Shown: positions 13,974 to 28,619, counted from the first letter of the stretch. The stretch: 64,000 bases of DNA from Octopus vulgaris (GCA_951406725.2 OX597840.1:39742001-39806000), one strand, 5' to 3'. The notes: generated by a model from the letters alone, not told the origin. Numbers and translations: made by a program.

Positions 13974-13976
<3 letters not shown>
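13412..13976. mobile_element. Older fold-back element, ~105-bp inverted arms (13412-13518 / 13870-13976), probably Penelope-like
   Basis: Arms share TGCTGCAATATTTGCAGCTTCAAAT..AAAATG.TCTTAGTATGAAACAA...TACTAAACTACTAATCCATTCTTGTT. The two arms together suggest the consensus GAAACAATTGTA (HHR 3' half). TA-flanked. Confidence 0.55.
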
Positions 13977-14004
<28 letters not shown>

Positions 14005-14015
14005 TATATAGAAGG

Positions 14016-14066
14016 AGCTTCTACAGGACTAGTACTGTTTCATTCAAGAGAAATCTTCAGGAAGCT
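14016..14066 (-). ncRNA. Type I hammerhead ribozyme, inverted copy
   Basis: Exact reverse complement of 15179-15229. Confidence 0.8.
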
Positions 14067-14441
14067 ATTTAACAAGAATTGTATTAGCATTTATACATTT
14101 AGGCAGGTTTAAAGGAGTGGTGGTGGGGGACTTTTTGGGGGTAGGCATAGCGCAAAATATCATACTTGGGGGAGTGGTCAAGGAGTCAGTGGTAAGTTAG
14201 ATGAAAGAATAGATAAATAAAAAAATAAAAAAATAAAAATAAAAAAATAAAATAAAAAAATAAAAAAATAAAAAATATAAAAAATATATATAAAAAAATA
14301 TATATATAAAATATATATATAAAAAAATATATATATAAAAAAAGGGGGGATAGAGTTATAGGTAAATAAGGAGATTCTCACTTATACCTATACACACATG
14401 TATACGTATCTACACACACATACATACATACACATATATAT

Positions 14442-14494
<53 letters not shown>

Positions 14495-14756
14495 CATATG
14501 TACACACATACATACATATCTACATACACACATACATACACCCGCCCACATATACAAATTTATACACATGCACATGCCTATACCTGTCTACACATACACA
14601 CACGTATATATGCGTGCATGCATGTGAGTGAGTGTATGCATATATACGTGTGTGTATGTGTAGACAGGTATAGGCATGTGCATGTGTATAAATTTGTATA
14701 TGTGGGCGGGTGTATGTATGTGTGTATGTAGATATGTATGTATGTGTGTACATATG

Positions 14757-14807
<51 letters not shown>

Positions 14808-15178
14808 ATATATATGTGTATGTATGTATGTGTGTGTAGATACGTATACATGTGTGTATAGGTATAAGTGAGAATCTCCTTATTTACCTATAACTCTATC
14901 CCCCCTTTTTTTATATATATATTTTTATATATATATTTTATATATATATTTTTTTATATATATTTTTTATATTTTTTATTTTTTATTTTTTTATTTTATT
15001 TTTTTATTTTTATTTTTTTATTTTTTTATTTATCTATTCTTTCATCTAACTTACCACTGACTCCTTGACCACTCCCCCAAGTATGATATTTTGCGCTATG
15101 CCTACCCCCAAAAAGTCCCCACCACCACTCCTTTAAACCTGCCTAAATGTATAAATGCTAATACAATTCTTGTTAAAT

Positions 15179-15229
15179 AGCTTCCTGAAGATTTCTCTTG
15201 AATGAAACAGTACTAGTCCTGTAGAAGCT
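15179..15229 (+). ncRNA. Type I hammerhead ribozyme (canonical core)
   Basis: AGCTTC [CTGAAGA] T-TTC-tctt-GAA-T [GAA] ACAG-tactagtc-CTGT A^ GAAGCT. 6-bp stem I, 4-bp stem III with an ACTAGT palindromic loop, GUA site at 15221-15223. Confidence 0.85.
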
Positions 15230-15312
15230 CCTTCTATATAATAAATTAATTTTACTCTGCTATGTATTGAGTACCTTACTTACTGTGGTTAACCCCGAAT
15301 CAACCCGGGACC

Positions 15313-15483
<171 letters not shown>

Positions 15484-16033
15484 ACGTGTGTGTCTGTGCA
15501 CACACACACAAGCATAAGCAGAAACACACACACACACACACACAACCAGTCACGCAGAGCTACACACTACTTTGAAAAAACACAAAACTACAAAAGAGAC
15601 AATAAACGGCTATGATTGTTAATTGCTAAAAATGTGTTCTTTTTGCAGTGAAAAAATGTTTTGCTGCTAATTATTCGCCTCAAGTCCTTTAAATCGGAAT
15701 CTCGATGGACTGTATATATCAGAGATGGAATCGGCAAAATAACAACAAATATAAAAAACTTCTTTTGGCCGTTATCTCTAATTCAAGTTCTGTCTTGGTG
15801 CTACCAATCAAGGCGTGTAAATCACGTTGTTCGATATATAAGACTTCTGAGAGATAATGCTTGGATGGCGTTCATCCTATCTTAATCACTTCACAGAGGT
15901 TATCTTCGACACCAGACATCTTTATCTTTAACCATGGTTTTATTGTTTCCGCCATTGAACTGCGACAGTGCGGAACGACGCAGGAGCAAAGGCCCACACA
16001 GATATATGCATATGTATATATATGTATATGTAT

Positions 16034-16288
16034 GGAGGCGCAATGGCCCAGTGGTTTCGATTCCCAGACCGGGCGTTGTGAGTGTTTATTGAGCGAAAAC
16101 ACCTAAAGCTCCACGAGGCTCCGGCAGGGGGTGGTGGCGATCCCTGTTGTACTCTTTCGCCACAACTTTCTTTCACTCTTTCTTCTGTTGGGTGGCGTCA
16201 TTGAAGGCTAAAACAATGCGAAGCGCATTGTGACCAGCGATGTGTAACAACATCTGATGGCCTGGTCGGTCACGGTTATCACGGTGAT
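16034..16288 (+). mobile_element. tRNA-derived SINE family C (internally deleted head)
   Basis: GGAGGCGCAATGGCCCAGTGG (A-box) abuts TTCGATTCCC (B-box); tail shared with 35-116. Confidence 0.75.
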
Positions 16289-16295
16289 AAATATG

Positions 16296-16329
<34 letters not shown>

Positions 16330-16692
16330 AGTTGAACTGTCTAAAGTCGTAAGACACCTGTTGTTATGGTTGTTTTTGTCCTCTTATTATTATTATTATT
16401 ATTGTATTTTGTATTTATACTCGTGTGGCATCGTCCATTTTCTGTCCTTGTTTCGTATACATTCGATCCTTTTTCCAAGATATCTAATGCTCGTAGATTA
16501 GCTTTTCCTTCGGGCTGGCCGGATCGGAGCGATCTCAAAATTAATCAGCCGAAATTGCGAGGATGACCCGGTTCTTGACTGAAGATTAGAGGCTTCGAAT
16601 GACCCATCCGTTTTTTGTGTTGTCTATTTGAATGTTTTGCGTTCTTGTCCCATTTTGTATTTTTATATATATATTTTTTATACATATATATG

Positions 16693-16731
<39 letters not shown>

Positions 16732-17100
16732 CCGTTTGTCAAAACTATCGCTTGTAAAGATTAAAATGAAGACACACAAGGAGATGGCAGTCTTATCAAA
16801 GTGGTGGAGAAATGAATGTAAGTGTTGTATTTATATATTTCTTTACTACCCACAAGGGGCTAAAAACTGTTGTATGTATGTATGTATGTATGTATGTATA
16901 TATGTATGTGTGTATGTATGTATGAGTGCCTTTATGCGTGTGACTATATATGTATATACGCATGTATGTATACATGCGTTTGTATGTATGTATGTATGTA
17001 TGTATGTATGTATGTATGTATGCCAGTATGTATGTGCCCTTGTACGTATGCGTGCATGTATGTATGCATATATCTATTTTTCTTTCTCTCTCTTTTCTCT

Positions 17101-17284
17101 TTTGCTTGTTTCAGTCCTTTGACTGCGACCATGCTGAAGCACCGTCTTTAGTCGAGCAAATCGACCCCGGGAATTATTCTTTGTAAGCCCAGTAATTATT
17201 CTATCGGTCTCTTTTTGCCGAACCGCTAAGTGAAGGGGACGTAAACATACCAGCATCGGTTGTCAAGCAATGCTAGGGGGACAA

Positions 17285-17315
<31 letters not shown>

Positions 17316-17318
17316 CAT

Positions 17319-17369
<51 letters not shown>

Positions 17370-17530
17370 TACGACAGGCTTCTTTCAGTTTCCGTGTACC
17401 AAATCCACTCACAAGGCATTGGTCGGCCCGGGGCTATAGCAGAAGACACTTGCCTAAGATGCCACGCAGTGGGACTGAACCCAGAACCATGTAGCTGGTT
17501 AGCAAGCTACTTACCACACAGCCACTCCTG
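17101..17530 (-). mobile_element. SINE family A
   Basis: Reverse-complement match to 4244-4641 and 52596-53003. Confidence 0.9.
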
Positions 17531-17953
17531 TATGTATGCATGTATGTATGATGGCAACAATTTCTTCGTGTGCGAACCTGATGAAGGCGTGCGGCACGAC
17601 GTCCAGCAGCCCAGAATACTAACCCTTAATGCAGCAAGGCATTTCTCCTTTCCTACCCCTACTAATTATAACGAGAGGGTTTCTCTAAGCAATCCCATTC
17701 CAAAATTTATATTAGGACGAGTGTCCACTGTCGCTCAGCCAGGTAAGATATATTTAATTACCAGCAAGGTGTAGGTTTAACACATTGCAGAAGCAATACA
17801 ATTATGATTATAACTACAAGTGTGTGTCTATCGAATATGTATGTATTTGCATATAATCTCTATAGTTTTTTTCTGGAATGTCCGCAGCACATTAAATGGT
17901 TAATCAATTAAACAAATATATCACCATCCTCTCTATCCTTCTCTCTCGCTATC

Positions 17954-18028
<75 letters not shown>

Positions 18029-18172
18029 GTAAATATATATGTATATATACATATGTAAATATATATATATATACATATATATATACATATGTAAATATAT
18101 ATATATATACATATATATATACATATGTAAATATATATATATATATAAATATATATATATTTACATATGTAT

Positions 18173-18207
<35 letters not shown>

Positions 18208-18290
18208 CGGGTTAATATATGTCTTGGTCTCAGTACAAAATGATTTTAGAAAGCATGCATATGCGCTGATACTTAAATATAGATACATAA

Positions 18291-18335
<45 letters not shown>

Positions 18336-18384
18336 TATGTATGTATATATTGTATGCATGTATGTATGTATGTTTGTACGTACG

Positions 18385-18432
<48 letters not shown>

Positions 18433-18494
18433 TATATATATATAGATATGTATGTATATATTGTATGTATGTATGTATGTATGTTTGTACGTAC

Positions 18495-18558
<64 letters not shown>

Positions 18559-18922
18559 GTATATATAAATGAAGAAATACGGCAATAGAAATGACATATA
18601 AATGCATTTGACCGAAAATATTTGTGAAAGATGATCAGATTTATGGCCTTACACAAATAACACTGCGGCACAAACATATGATCGCTATGTGTATTTGAAT
18701 GCGTGCGTGTGTATGTGTGTGTGTGCTCATGTGTGTGTGTATGCATATATGTGTGTGCGTGTGTGCGTTTGTGCGCTCCCATTTGAGGATGTATATTGTT
18801 ATTCATAAAATATTTTTGTTGCCATCAACGCAGTAATTTTGTTGAAATTATCGACTTCCTCAGCCAACTCGTTATCAAACAAAATTGTTTCGTTATGGTG
18901 AATCACGGGAAATATGACCAAC

Positions 18923-18963
<41 letters not shown>

Positions 18964-19229
18964 GCAATAACAACATAGCAATATTAAGGAGCAGAAATTT
19001 AAAAAAAAACAATAATAGTCACAACAAATATCATATTAATACACATACACACATATATACAAACACACGCATACACACACACACATATATATATACGGTT
19101 ATATGAATGTATATAAATATGTGTGTGTGTGTATTTATATGGATGTATATATGTTTATGTGAACGTGTATATGTATATATATGTATTCATATAATGTGTA
19201 TATATATTTATTAAATGAATGTGTGTGTG

Positions 19230-19267
<38 letters not shown>

Positions 19268-19348
19268 GATATGCATATATATATATGTATATGTATGTAT
19301 ATTTACATGTATTTATATATATATATATAAATTTATATAAATATATAT

Positions 19349-19424
<76 letters not shown>

Positions 19425-19511
19425 AGAATTTATATGTATATATATATATATATAATAAGAATTTATATGTATATATATATATATATATATTTATATTTAT
19501 GTTATATGAAT

Positions 19512-19553
<42 letters not shown>

Positions 19554-20196
19554 ACATAAATACATTTATATATATGTATGTATGTACGTGTGTTCTTTGC
19601 GTATGTATAGATACAACTAAACAATAAGTGCCATGGCAACGAAAACTAACCAACTAATGAAAAAGCGGTATCCATCGTATATTAACATGATGTACAACGA
19701 AAGCTTTGTTTAACTGTCATAGTACCTCTCTTCTCTTCCTGAGCTCTCAATCTTTCTCTATTCCTCGTTGTTTTTCCATCTCTCCATCTCTCCATCTCAT
19801 CACTTAGCTATCGATATATCTATCCACCTATCTATTTTTTCCTCAGTTGCGTACACAGTGTACATAGTGAATATAAAGCTAATATATTTTGTTAACTAAC
19901 ATTGAACACCAAATAGGACCACTTCAAGTTAAGTGGAATATACGATTAATCTTAATAGAAAACGATGCGTGAAACATTGTAATAAAATATTGTGTAGCTC
20001 CAAGACTATCTATCTAGTTCTTTGTATAAAAAGGCACATACAAAAACATACACACAGACATATATATATATATGTATGTATGTTTGTATGTAAGTATGTA
20101 CGTATGTATCTATGTATGTATGTATGTATGTATGTATGTATGTATATATATATATATATATATGTCTATAGGAATATATGGTTATATACATAGAAA

Positions 20197-20231
<35 letters not shown>

Positions 20232-20254
20232 ATGTATGCATGTATGTATGTATC

Positions 20255-20308
<54 letters not shown>

Positions 20309-20824
20309 TATAGGAATATATGTTTATATACATAGGCATTCATATATATATATATATATATACATACACCATTTATTCCTTTAATCGGAATTAACGTACA
20401 ATATATAAAAAAAACTGTTCCGTATATTAATGCCGTGTTATATATTGCACATGTCATTTCCTTGACTATGGAACCACTTTTCTCACGGAAATGTATTTAT
20501 AAATTTTTAACACCTCTCCTTCGTTAGTAGACGTACAATGGCTACTCACGTGGTAACACTATTGTTCTTTTACATAAGCGGTCATTGCCACAATTCCATT
20601 GTCATCAACCGGAAACTAGGAAATGGCGTAGAATATATAGGTTTATTTTAATGTCTGTTCATGATTTGTGTTCCTCCTCCCCTTCCGGTTATAGAGTGTC
20701 AGATGTGTCTATATTATTTTTCAATCAATGAAACTTTGTTCAGTAATTTTCAAAACTCTTCAAGTTAAATTTTTCCATCATAATATTATTCACAAGAAAA
20801 ACCGCTCTTTTAAACTTCCTAGTG

Positions 20825-21221
20825 TTACTCTCTTTACTTGTCTCAGTCATTTGGCTGCGGCCATACTGGAGCACCGCCTTTAGTCGAGCAAATCGACCCC
20901 GGGACTTATTCTTTGTAAGCCCAGTACTTATTCTATCGGTCTCTTTTGCCGAACCGCTAAGTGACGGGGGCCTAAACACACCAGCATTGGTTGTCAAGCA
21001 ATGCTAAGGGGACAAACACAGACACACAAACACATATATATATATATATATACATTTATACGACAAGCTTCTTTCAGTTTCCGTCTACCAAATCCACTCA
21101 CCAGGCATTGGTCGGCCCGGAGCTATAGCAGAAGACACTCGCTCAAGATGCCACGCAGTGGGACTGAACCCGGAACCATGTGGCTGGTTAGCAAGCAACT
21201 TACCACACAGCCACTCCTGCG

Positions 21222-21223
<2 letters not shown>
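20825..21223 (-). mobile_element. SINE family A
   Basis: Full-length reverse-strand copy. Confidence 0.9.
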
Positions 21224-21265
<42 letters not shown>

Positions 21266-21266
<1 letters not shown>

Positions 21267-21428
21267 GACAGGCTTCTTTCAGTTTCCGTCAACCAAATCC
21301 ACTCACCAGGCATTGGTCGGCCCGGGGCTATAGCAGAAGACACTTGCCCAAGATGCCACGCAGTGGGACTGAACCCGGAACCATGTGGTTGGTTAGCAAG
21401 CAACTTACCACACAGCCACTCCTGCGCC
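21266..21428 (-). mobile_element. Duplicated head of SINE family A
   Basis: Near-identical to 21061-21223, including shared variants (ACCAGGCATT, AAGCAACTT). Confidence 0.9.
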
Positions 21429-21841
21429 TATTTGTTATATATTTATATTGCAAAATATAACTACAAAATATCCTAAATTGCGCCGCTTACGCCTGTTACA
21501 ACATGCATAGTGATGATGGCTTCAGTATTGCGACGCATACTTCACTACAATTGTCGTTCTAGATATTGCTTTAAAAAGAATGAAAATTGAATCGTAGTTT
21601 CCTGCATCGCAAATTGAATTTAATTACAATAAGAAACTGCTTGCTGTTTTTAAATTTAAACGTTTTATTTCTTGTCAGCTTAGAAGCCATGCTCAACTGA
21701 TTTACATACATTCACGTGCACACACACATATAAATATATACATTTGTTTATTGATATACATTTACCTACAAACGCGCACGCATATATATTTGCTTATTTG
21801 TATACATATACATACTTACACACACACAGATACACAGTCAC

Positions 21842-21925
<84 letters not shown>

Positions 21926-22011
21926 ATCCAAACAAGAAAACACAGAAAAAAAAGAGAAAAAAACACAGCAACGCGAGGACGTGGAACAATTAAAGTATTA
22001 TTGACGCTCAG

Positions 22012-22084
<73 letters not shown>

Positions 22085-22173
22085 GGAAAGTTTACGAAAA
22101 TAAACAAAAGACGAAGGCAGGTGGAGTACAAACAAACAAATGTATTAGTATAGCGCTCAAGAATAGAAAAAGT

Positions 22174-22209
22174 ATTTTACGTTTCGAGCCTACGCTCTTC
22201 GACAGAAAG
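22174..22209 (-). ncRNA. Degenerate minimal hammerhead motif
   Basis: Minus strand: CTTT [CTGTCGA] A GAGC-gtag-GCTC [GAAA] CG TA^ AAAT. A6->U change in the core, extra A before stem II, palindromic ACGT stem III. Confidence 0.6.
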
Positions 22210-22291
22210 ATACACAGAATAAAACAAGGAGTGAAACAAGGAGAGAAAAAAAGGGGAGAAAAAAATGCGTGTAGTAGCTAACGAACTATCT

Positions 22292-22335
<44 letters not shown>

Positions 22336-22796
22336 GCAGTCGAACGTCCGTCATTGACAAGGCCAACAAAGGTCTAATTCTCGTGTCCTGCTGCTATCGG
22401 CATTGGAGGTAGCAAGGACTTATCTCTCCGCTAGCGATTCAAAGCAGAGTGCATTTACCACCAAACAGCCAATATGGTATAAACATCGTATGAACTGCAG
22501 TATAGCATGTTCTATGTGGGGATAAATACTACCTGTTGGTATTGATACTACCTAGATCACTGATAGAGCACGTCGATCTCTAAGTGTTATCTGGTCTTAA
22601 CAAGTTTATCTATGTAGACAACAACCAATATTAATATATGCAATCTCTGCAAACCATCAATCTGCAAACTATACAAATAAAAAGCGATCAGAACAGTAAA
22701 TCACATAACCAAAGTTCTCGGACACATCAGAGTTAGAAGTCACGTATAGACAGATGTCTATGAGATATATTCTCAATATTGTAAAATATATTAAGC

Positions 22797-22857
<61 letters not shown>

Positions 22858-23002
22858 CATACATACATATGTACGTAAATATATACGTATACACACTTCT
22901 ACAGAAATATAAACATACGTAAAGCTATATATATACATAAATACATATATATATATATATGTATACATATACATATATATTTATATATATATATATGTAT
23001 AC

Positions 23003-23071
<69 letters not shown>

Positions 23072-23076
<5 letters not shown>

Positions 23077-23250
23077 GAAGGTTTGAAAATGCAATTTGAA
23101 AAGATGTTAAATTACTTTACCGGTTTCACTTTTTAAAAAAAAAGATTGTCAAAAGTAACATGTAAAAGTTTGGTTGTGTTAATTATTGGTTGTCACAAAA
23201 TGCTACAATACATATACACAGTCTTTGGTAACAAGAACATGTTAAGGACA
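23072..23250 (-). mobile_element. HHR-bearing Penelope-like family D copy 1
   Basis: Diverged homolog of 61895-62088 in opposite orientation; begins at a (TA)n tract. Confidence 0.7.
23112..23158 (-). ncRNA. Minimal hammerhead (U3-A8 core)
   Basis: Minus strand: TTACTT [TTGACAA] T-CTTTTT-tttt-AAAAAG-T [GAAA] CCGG TA^ AAGTAA. Palindromic ACCGGT stem III. Confidence 0.75.
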
Positions 23251-25015
23251 TAAAAAAGTTTAACAAGTTCATTAAAGTATCGGGCACAAAAGATTACAAC
23301 ATAAATATACATTCTCAAGAAAATGTTAAAGATAGTTTCCAGAAGGAATTATTAAAATGTTCAGTGGAATATTGGTATTGTATCTGTATATACATACACG
23401 CACAGAATATTCAAAAAAGTTTACATTATAATAGTAGGGTAGCTTAAACTGACCTGATCCACCATGTTATCGTAAAGGAGTATTTTCTATTTCAAGGGAA
23501 ACTGTAGGTGTGTTTGGGTGGGGGGAAGGAAGAGTAATGTGGAACTCAAAAGAATTTCTCCTTTTTGTCTCTCCTTCAAGCATCAATGATTTGGGGGATT
23601 GGTTTTTAGAGGTCAGAATTGTACGAGTGTGTGTGTCTTTGTGCGTGTGTATATATATATATATATGTGATGTGAACAGATGTGTCTGTCTGTGTTTGTA
23701 ATATTTGGTAGGATGGTGTGTGTGTATATGTGTGCCCGTTTGTGAACCGTGTGTGTGATTGTCTTGGTGTTGTGTGTGCGTGTATGTATGTGCGTTATTG
23801 GTATTTGTCATGGTGCTGTGTGTGTGCATGTATGTGTATATGTGTGTCTATATGGAGGTCAGACTGGTGTGTGTGTGCGTGACTTTGTGTTTGTGTATAT
23901 ATATATATATATATACATGTGTTTGTGTGTGTGTGTTTGTATAATATATATACACACACATACACAGCTACAAATGCGGATGCTGTGTATATACGGATAA
24001 GATTGTCTGTCTGACTTTAACAATTCAAATAGATCTACATCTATAAATGGACATATATACACTGGCTTATCTGCTTGCTTTTATAGAAACATAATTACCT
24101 ATATACGTACGCTCATATTAAAATACACATACACTACACACATCTATATATATATTTATATACATATATATTTATATGTATGTTTGTATACACACAAACA
24201 CATATTCATATATGCATACATTCATACACATGAATACGTCAATACACAGATACATACATACGTACACACTTACGTAGGTACATACAATCATACAGACTCA
24301 CACAGTCAGTCACATAGACATTCGTATGCCTCTCATGAAACCAAAATTGTTACCTAGACTTTTGCCTAGCTTCTTTTATGTTCTTCCTCGCGAAATTTAA
24401 AATTGCAAAGTTGATATTAGAAAATGAAAAATAATGTGTTGCATTAGTCGTAGTTAAAAAAGATTTATTTAGCGTTTTATTTTTATCTTCCTTCCTTTAG
24501 AATTTTCTTTGAATCATTCTTCTACTTTGCTTCTTTTCTTCCTTTTTTTTTCTTCTCTTTTCATGACTAAAGGAAGACGAGATATGAATGGTAATGTCCT
24601 TCATAGTATTCACAAGTGTCTGATTTTACAAACTCTTGAGAATGATGACAGCTCTCAAGCTAAGTAAAAAGAAAAAAAAAATAAACCTCGGTGATTTATG
24701 AATATATTCTTTTCTGAACAAAAAACCCTACCAATGAAAAACGGTGGTTGAATTGGCGAATGCGAAGAAGAAATGAAACGAAATAATTGTGTGTAAAATA
24801 CACGAAAACTATATATATATATATATACATATATGTAAGTGTGTGCATGTGTATGTATGTACGTGTGTGTGTGTGTGTGTAATTGGTACATTATATAAAT
24901 TTAGATAGACAGATATCTATATCAACATATGTATAAATATACATACATACATACAAACATACATATATATACCTATATATGTATGTATATATATATACAT
25001 ATATATATATATGTA

Positions 25016-25179
<164 letters not shown>

Positions 25180-25391
25180 TCTTTGTACGTATGTATGTAC
25201 ATATGTGTAAATATATAAACTTTAGATAGGCTAATATAGATGGGTAATCATATATAAATATATATATATACATGCATATATATGTGTGTGTGTGTATGTG
25301 TGTGCTTGTGCGTCTGTATGTGTGTGTTTGTATGCACGTTTAAGCGCATACATATGCTTACATACTTTTACTATAAATATAAATATGTGCA

Positions 25392-25442
<51 letters not shown>

Positions 25443-25988
25443 CATGTATGTGTATACCTATGGTCATATACACGTGTGTGTGTGTGTGTGTGTGTAATTC
25501 GCCATGGATACATCATAAAAGACCTTGTAATGTCAGTCTGATGTGAATATCTGTCCCTATATCTAAGTGCACGTGGACGAATATATGTCCATGCATAAAA
25601 ACACACGCGTTTCACACCTCAACAAATGCATACACCTGTATACAATTCATATAACACACAAACACACACACGCACTCATATATATATATATACACACATA
25701 TATATATGTTTAAATAGATATATATATATACATATATGTGTGTGTGTGTTTGTGTGTAACATATATATTATATAAATATACATATACATATTTACATATA
25801 TATATATATCCATATATAAATATATATATATATCGATAGATAGATAAGTAGATAGATAGATAACATATATGCACATTATATACAATATTGTTTAACTTAC
25901 CTTCTCATTGAGTGCATAGTGACACACATACACGAGCAGGTATGTGTGTGTATATATATATATGTGTGTGTATGCATTTGTATATATT

Positions 25989-26031
<43 letters not shown>

Positions 26032-26654
26032 ACATGTATAAGTGATTATATATATATATATATGTATACATATATAAGTGATTATATATATATATATAAA
26101 TATACATATGTATACATATATAAGTGATTATATATATATATATATATACATATATAAATTATTATACATGAGTGCCTTGTTATACATGGAGTTACCTTAA
26201 TAAATACATGGTTGCACATACATAGACAAATTCAAATATACATATATATACATATACATATACATACATGCTTAAATGCTTACAAACATGCATACACACA
26301 CACACACATGCAGAGTGACACATATACATGTTTCCTCCCACTGGAAAACACTTAAGGGAAATTCACGAACGAAAATTCTTCAATATATCCTATTTACTGC
26401 TTATCTTTTGTTAATCTTGCAGAAATCTGTCGGTTACTTAATTATAAACATATGACAATTTTCGCCCTTAGAGCTGCCTTTGTGCTCTGTCATTTGTTGT
26501 TCGTATGGAAGACTCTAATAGAAGAAAACTACGTCCGTCGTTAAATAAGTGCGTTTCTTTATATATATATATATTATATACATTTTTGTTTGTTTTACAT
26601 ACCTTTTCATTGAGTGAATAACACACTTATAACACACACAGACACTTACAAACA

Positions 26655-26704
<50 letters not shown>

Positions 26705-26738
26705 CATGTATCTATGTATTTATGTATGTATGTATATG

Positions 26739-26808
<70 letters not shown>

Positions 26809-28028
26809 TACGTTTACATAAAGCTTGCGTAGATACTCAAACGGAATGACGTTGATGCATGAATCTACGCATATACAGAAATATATACATATATATCGTT
26901 ATTCACATGCACACAGACACACACAATATATATATAGTAACACACACATACACATGTATATATACATATATATATATATTCACACACACATGCACACACG
27001 CGTACACACGAGCATGGGTATATAAAGTGTGTAGGTATATATATATATATATATATTTATATTCATGTAGGAACGTATTTGTTGCTGTATATATGCTTAT
27101 AATGGAGCACATATTTGTATAGAATTGATAGATTTCCTCAATTTGCTACCAAACGATTCTGAAGGCTCAAAGAAGTGTTTTATCATGAAAGCATGTAGCA
27201 GGAAAATAATATAAAAGACGAAAAATAATTCAAAATGGCCGGGTTTTTTTTCACACTTTCTTTTCTTCGTTTTAAGTAATAATTCTAAATCGAAATATGG
27301 AAAATCCAACATTATTTACTTCTTCGTATTACACCCAATTTTCACGTTAATTATCATGTCCTTATATCCTCCATGCAATGTGTTTTCGTGTTACTGTTTT
27401 TTCTCCTTCGGTTTTTATTATTTTTTATCGCAAGAAATGTCCTTTTTATGATGTAGTTACTGCGTTCGTGTTCAAATCACACAAACTTACAGCCTAGCGT
27501 TTAGAATGTCATTTTTCCCCGTCGTACATGATTAATCCAGGCTTCATGTTTCTTCCTTCATCCCATCATGTGTCGTTTTCGAAAATTCTTAAAAACTACA
27601 CAATATATAAGCGGTAATTTGCGCACACACATTTGTATATACACACGCATAGGCGCCCACAAACGCACACATCCATAAACACACAGAGACACGCACAAGC
27701 ACACACACACTCTTCCACAAGCGCGAATATACGCTTATATAATTTGTACATGTGCACGTTATATAATAATATGTATGAATGCGTGTGCGTGTGTGCGTAT
27801 GTGTGCATGACTGTGTGTATGCGTGTCTGCGTGTGTGTGTGATTGTGTGTATGCTTCTGTTAGTATGTGCGTGTGTCTGTGATTCTGTATATTTATAAAC
27901 ATGAACGTATGTATGTGCTTTGATGAAAGGAAAAATTCTCATGATAGCAAGAAATTGAAACATTATCGCTAACTTGATTAGCACAAGCGAAACCTGTCGA
28001 CTACTATCGTATTTCATTTCATTATACA

Positions 28029-28082
<54 letters not shown>

Positions 28083-28619
28083 CATATATACATATATACA
28101 TACATATATATATATATACATACACATATGTATATGTGTAATATATGTATGCATGTATGTATGTATATAATTTATGTTAATATTCATCAAATTTTACGTG
28201 CTTAGCCTTCTGTGTCATTAAGTATTTAAAACGAATTAGATATGTCTGGCCAACATATTTCAGCCAATCTAACACCTTATGAGGGAGCTTTATTCTGCAT
28301 ATGTCACTTAACCTATCAGATATCGTTTTTACGCAACGAAAAGTGACTTTCACGAGGCCACCCATTATTTCTTTATATATGTGACGGATGATGTGACTAA
28401 ATATTTCACCAACAAAATGATTTTATTTACTTCCGTCACTTATATATAATAGGCTTCTTTCCGTTTTTGTCTTCCAAAGTGGAAGACACTTGTCGAAGTT
28501 GTCATACAATGACACTTAACCGAGGATCATGTGGCTGCAATACAAACTTCTCTTCACAGAGTCACAGCTGTTCATATTATATATATGCCTATTGAGAGAG
28601 ATCTGTAGATCTACCAATT

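Noticed and set aside
17577-17625. CTGATGAAGGC...GCC HHR-like start
   Set aside because: No GAAA, stem III or cleavage triplet in register.
27968-28005. HHR-like TTGATTA GC-acaa-GC GAAACCTGTC
   Set aside because: U3.U8 mismatch and no stem I pairing; probably chance.
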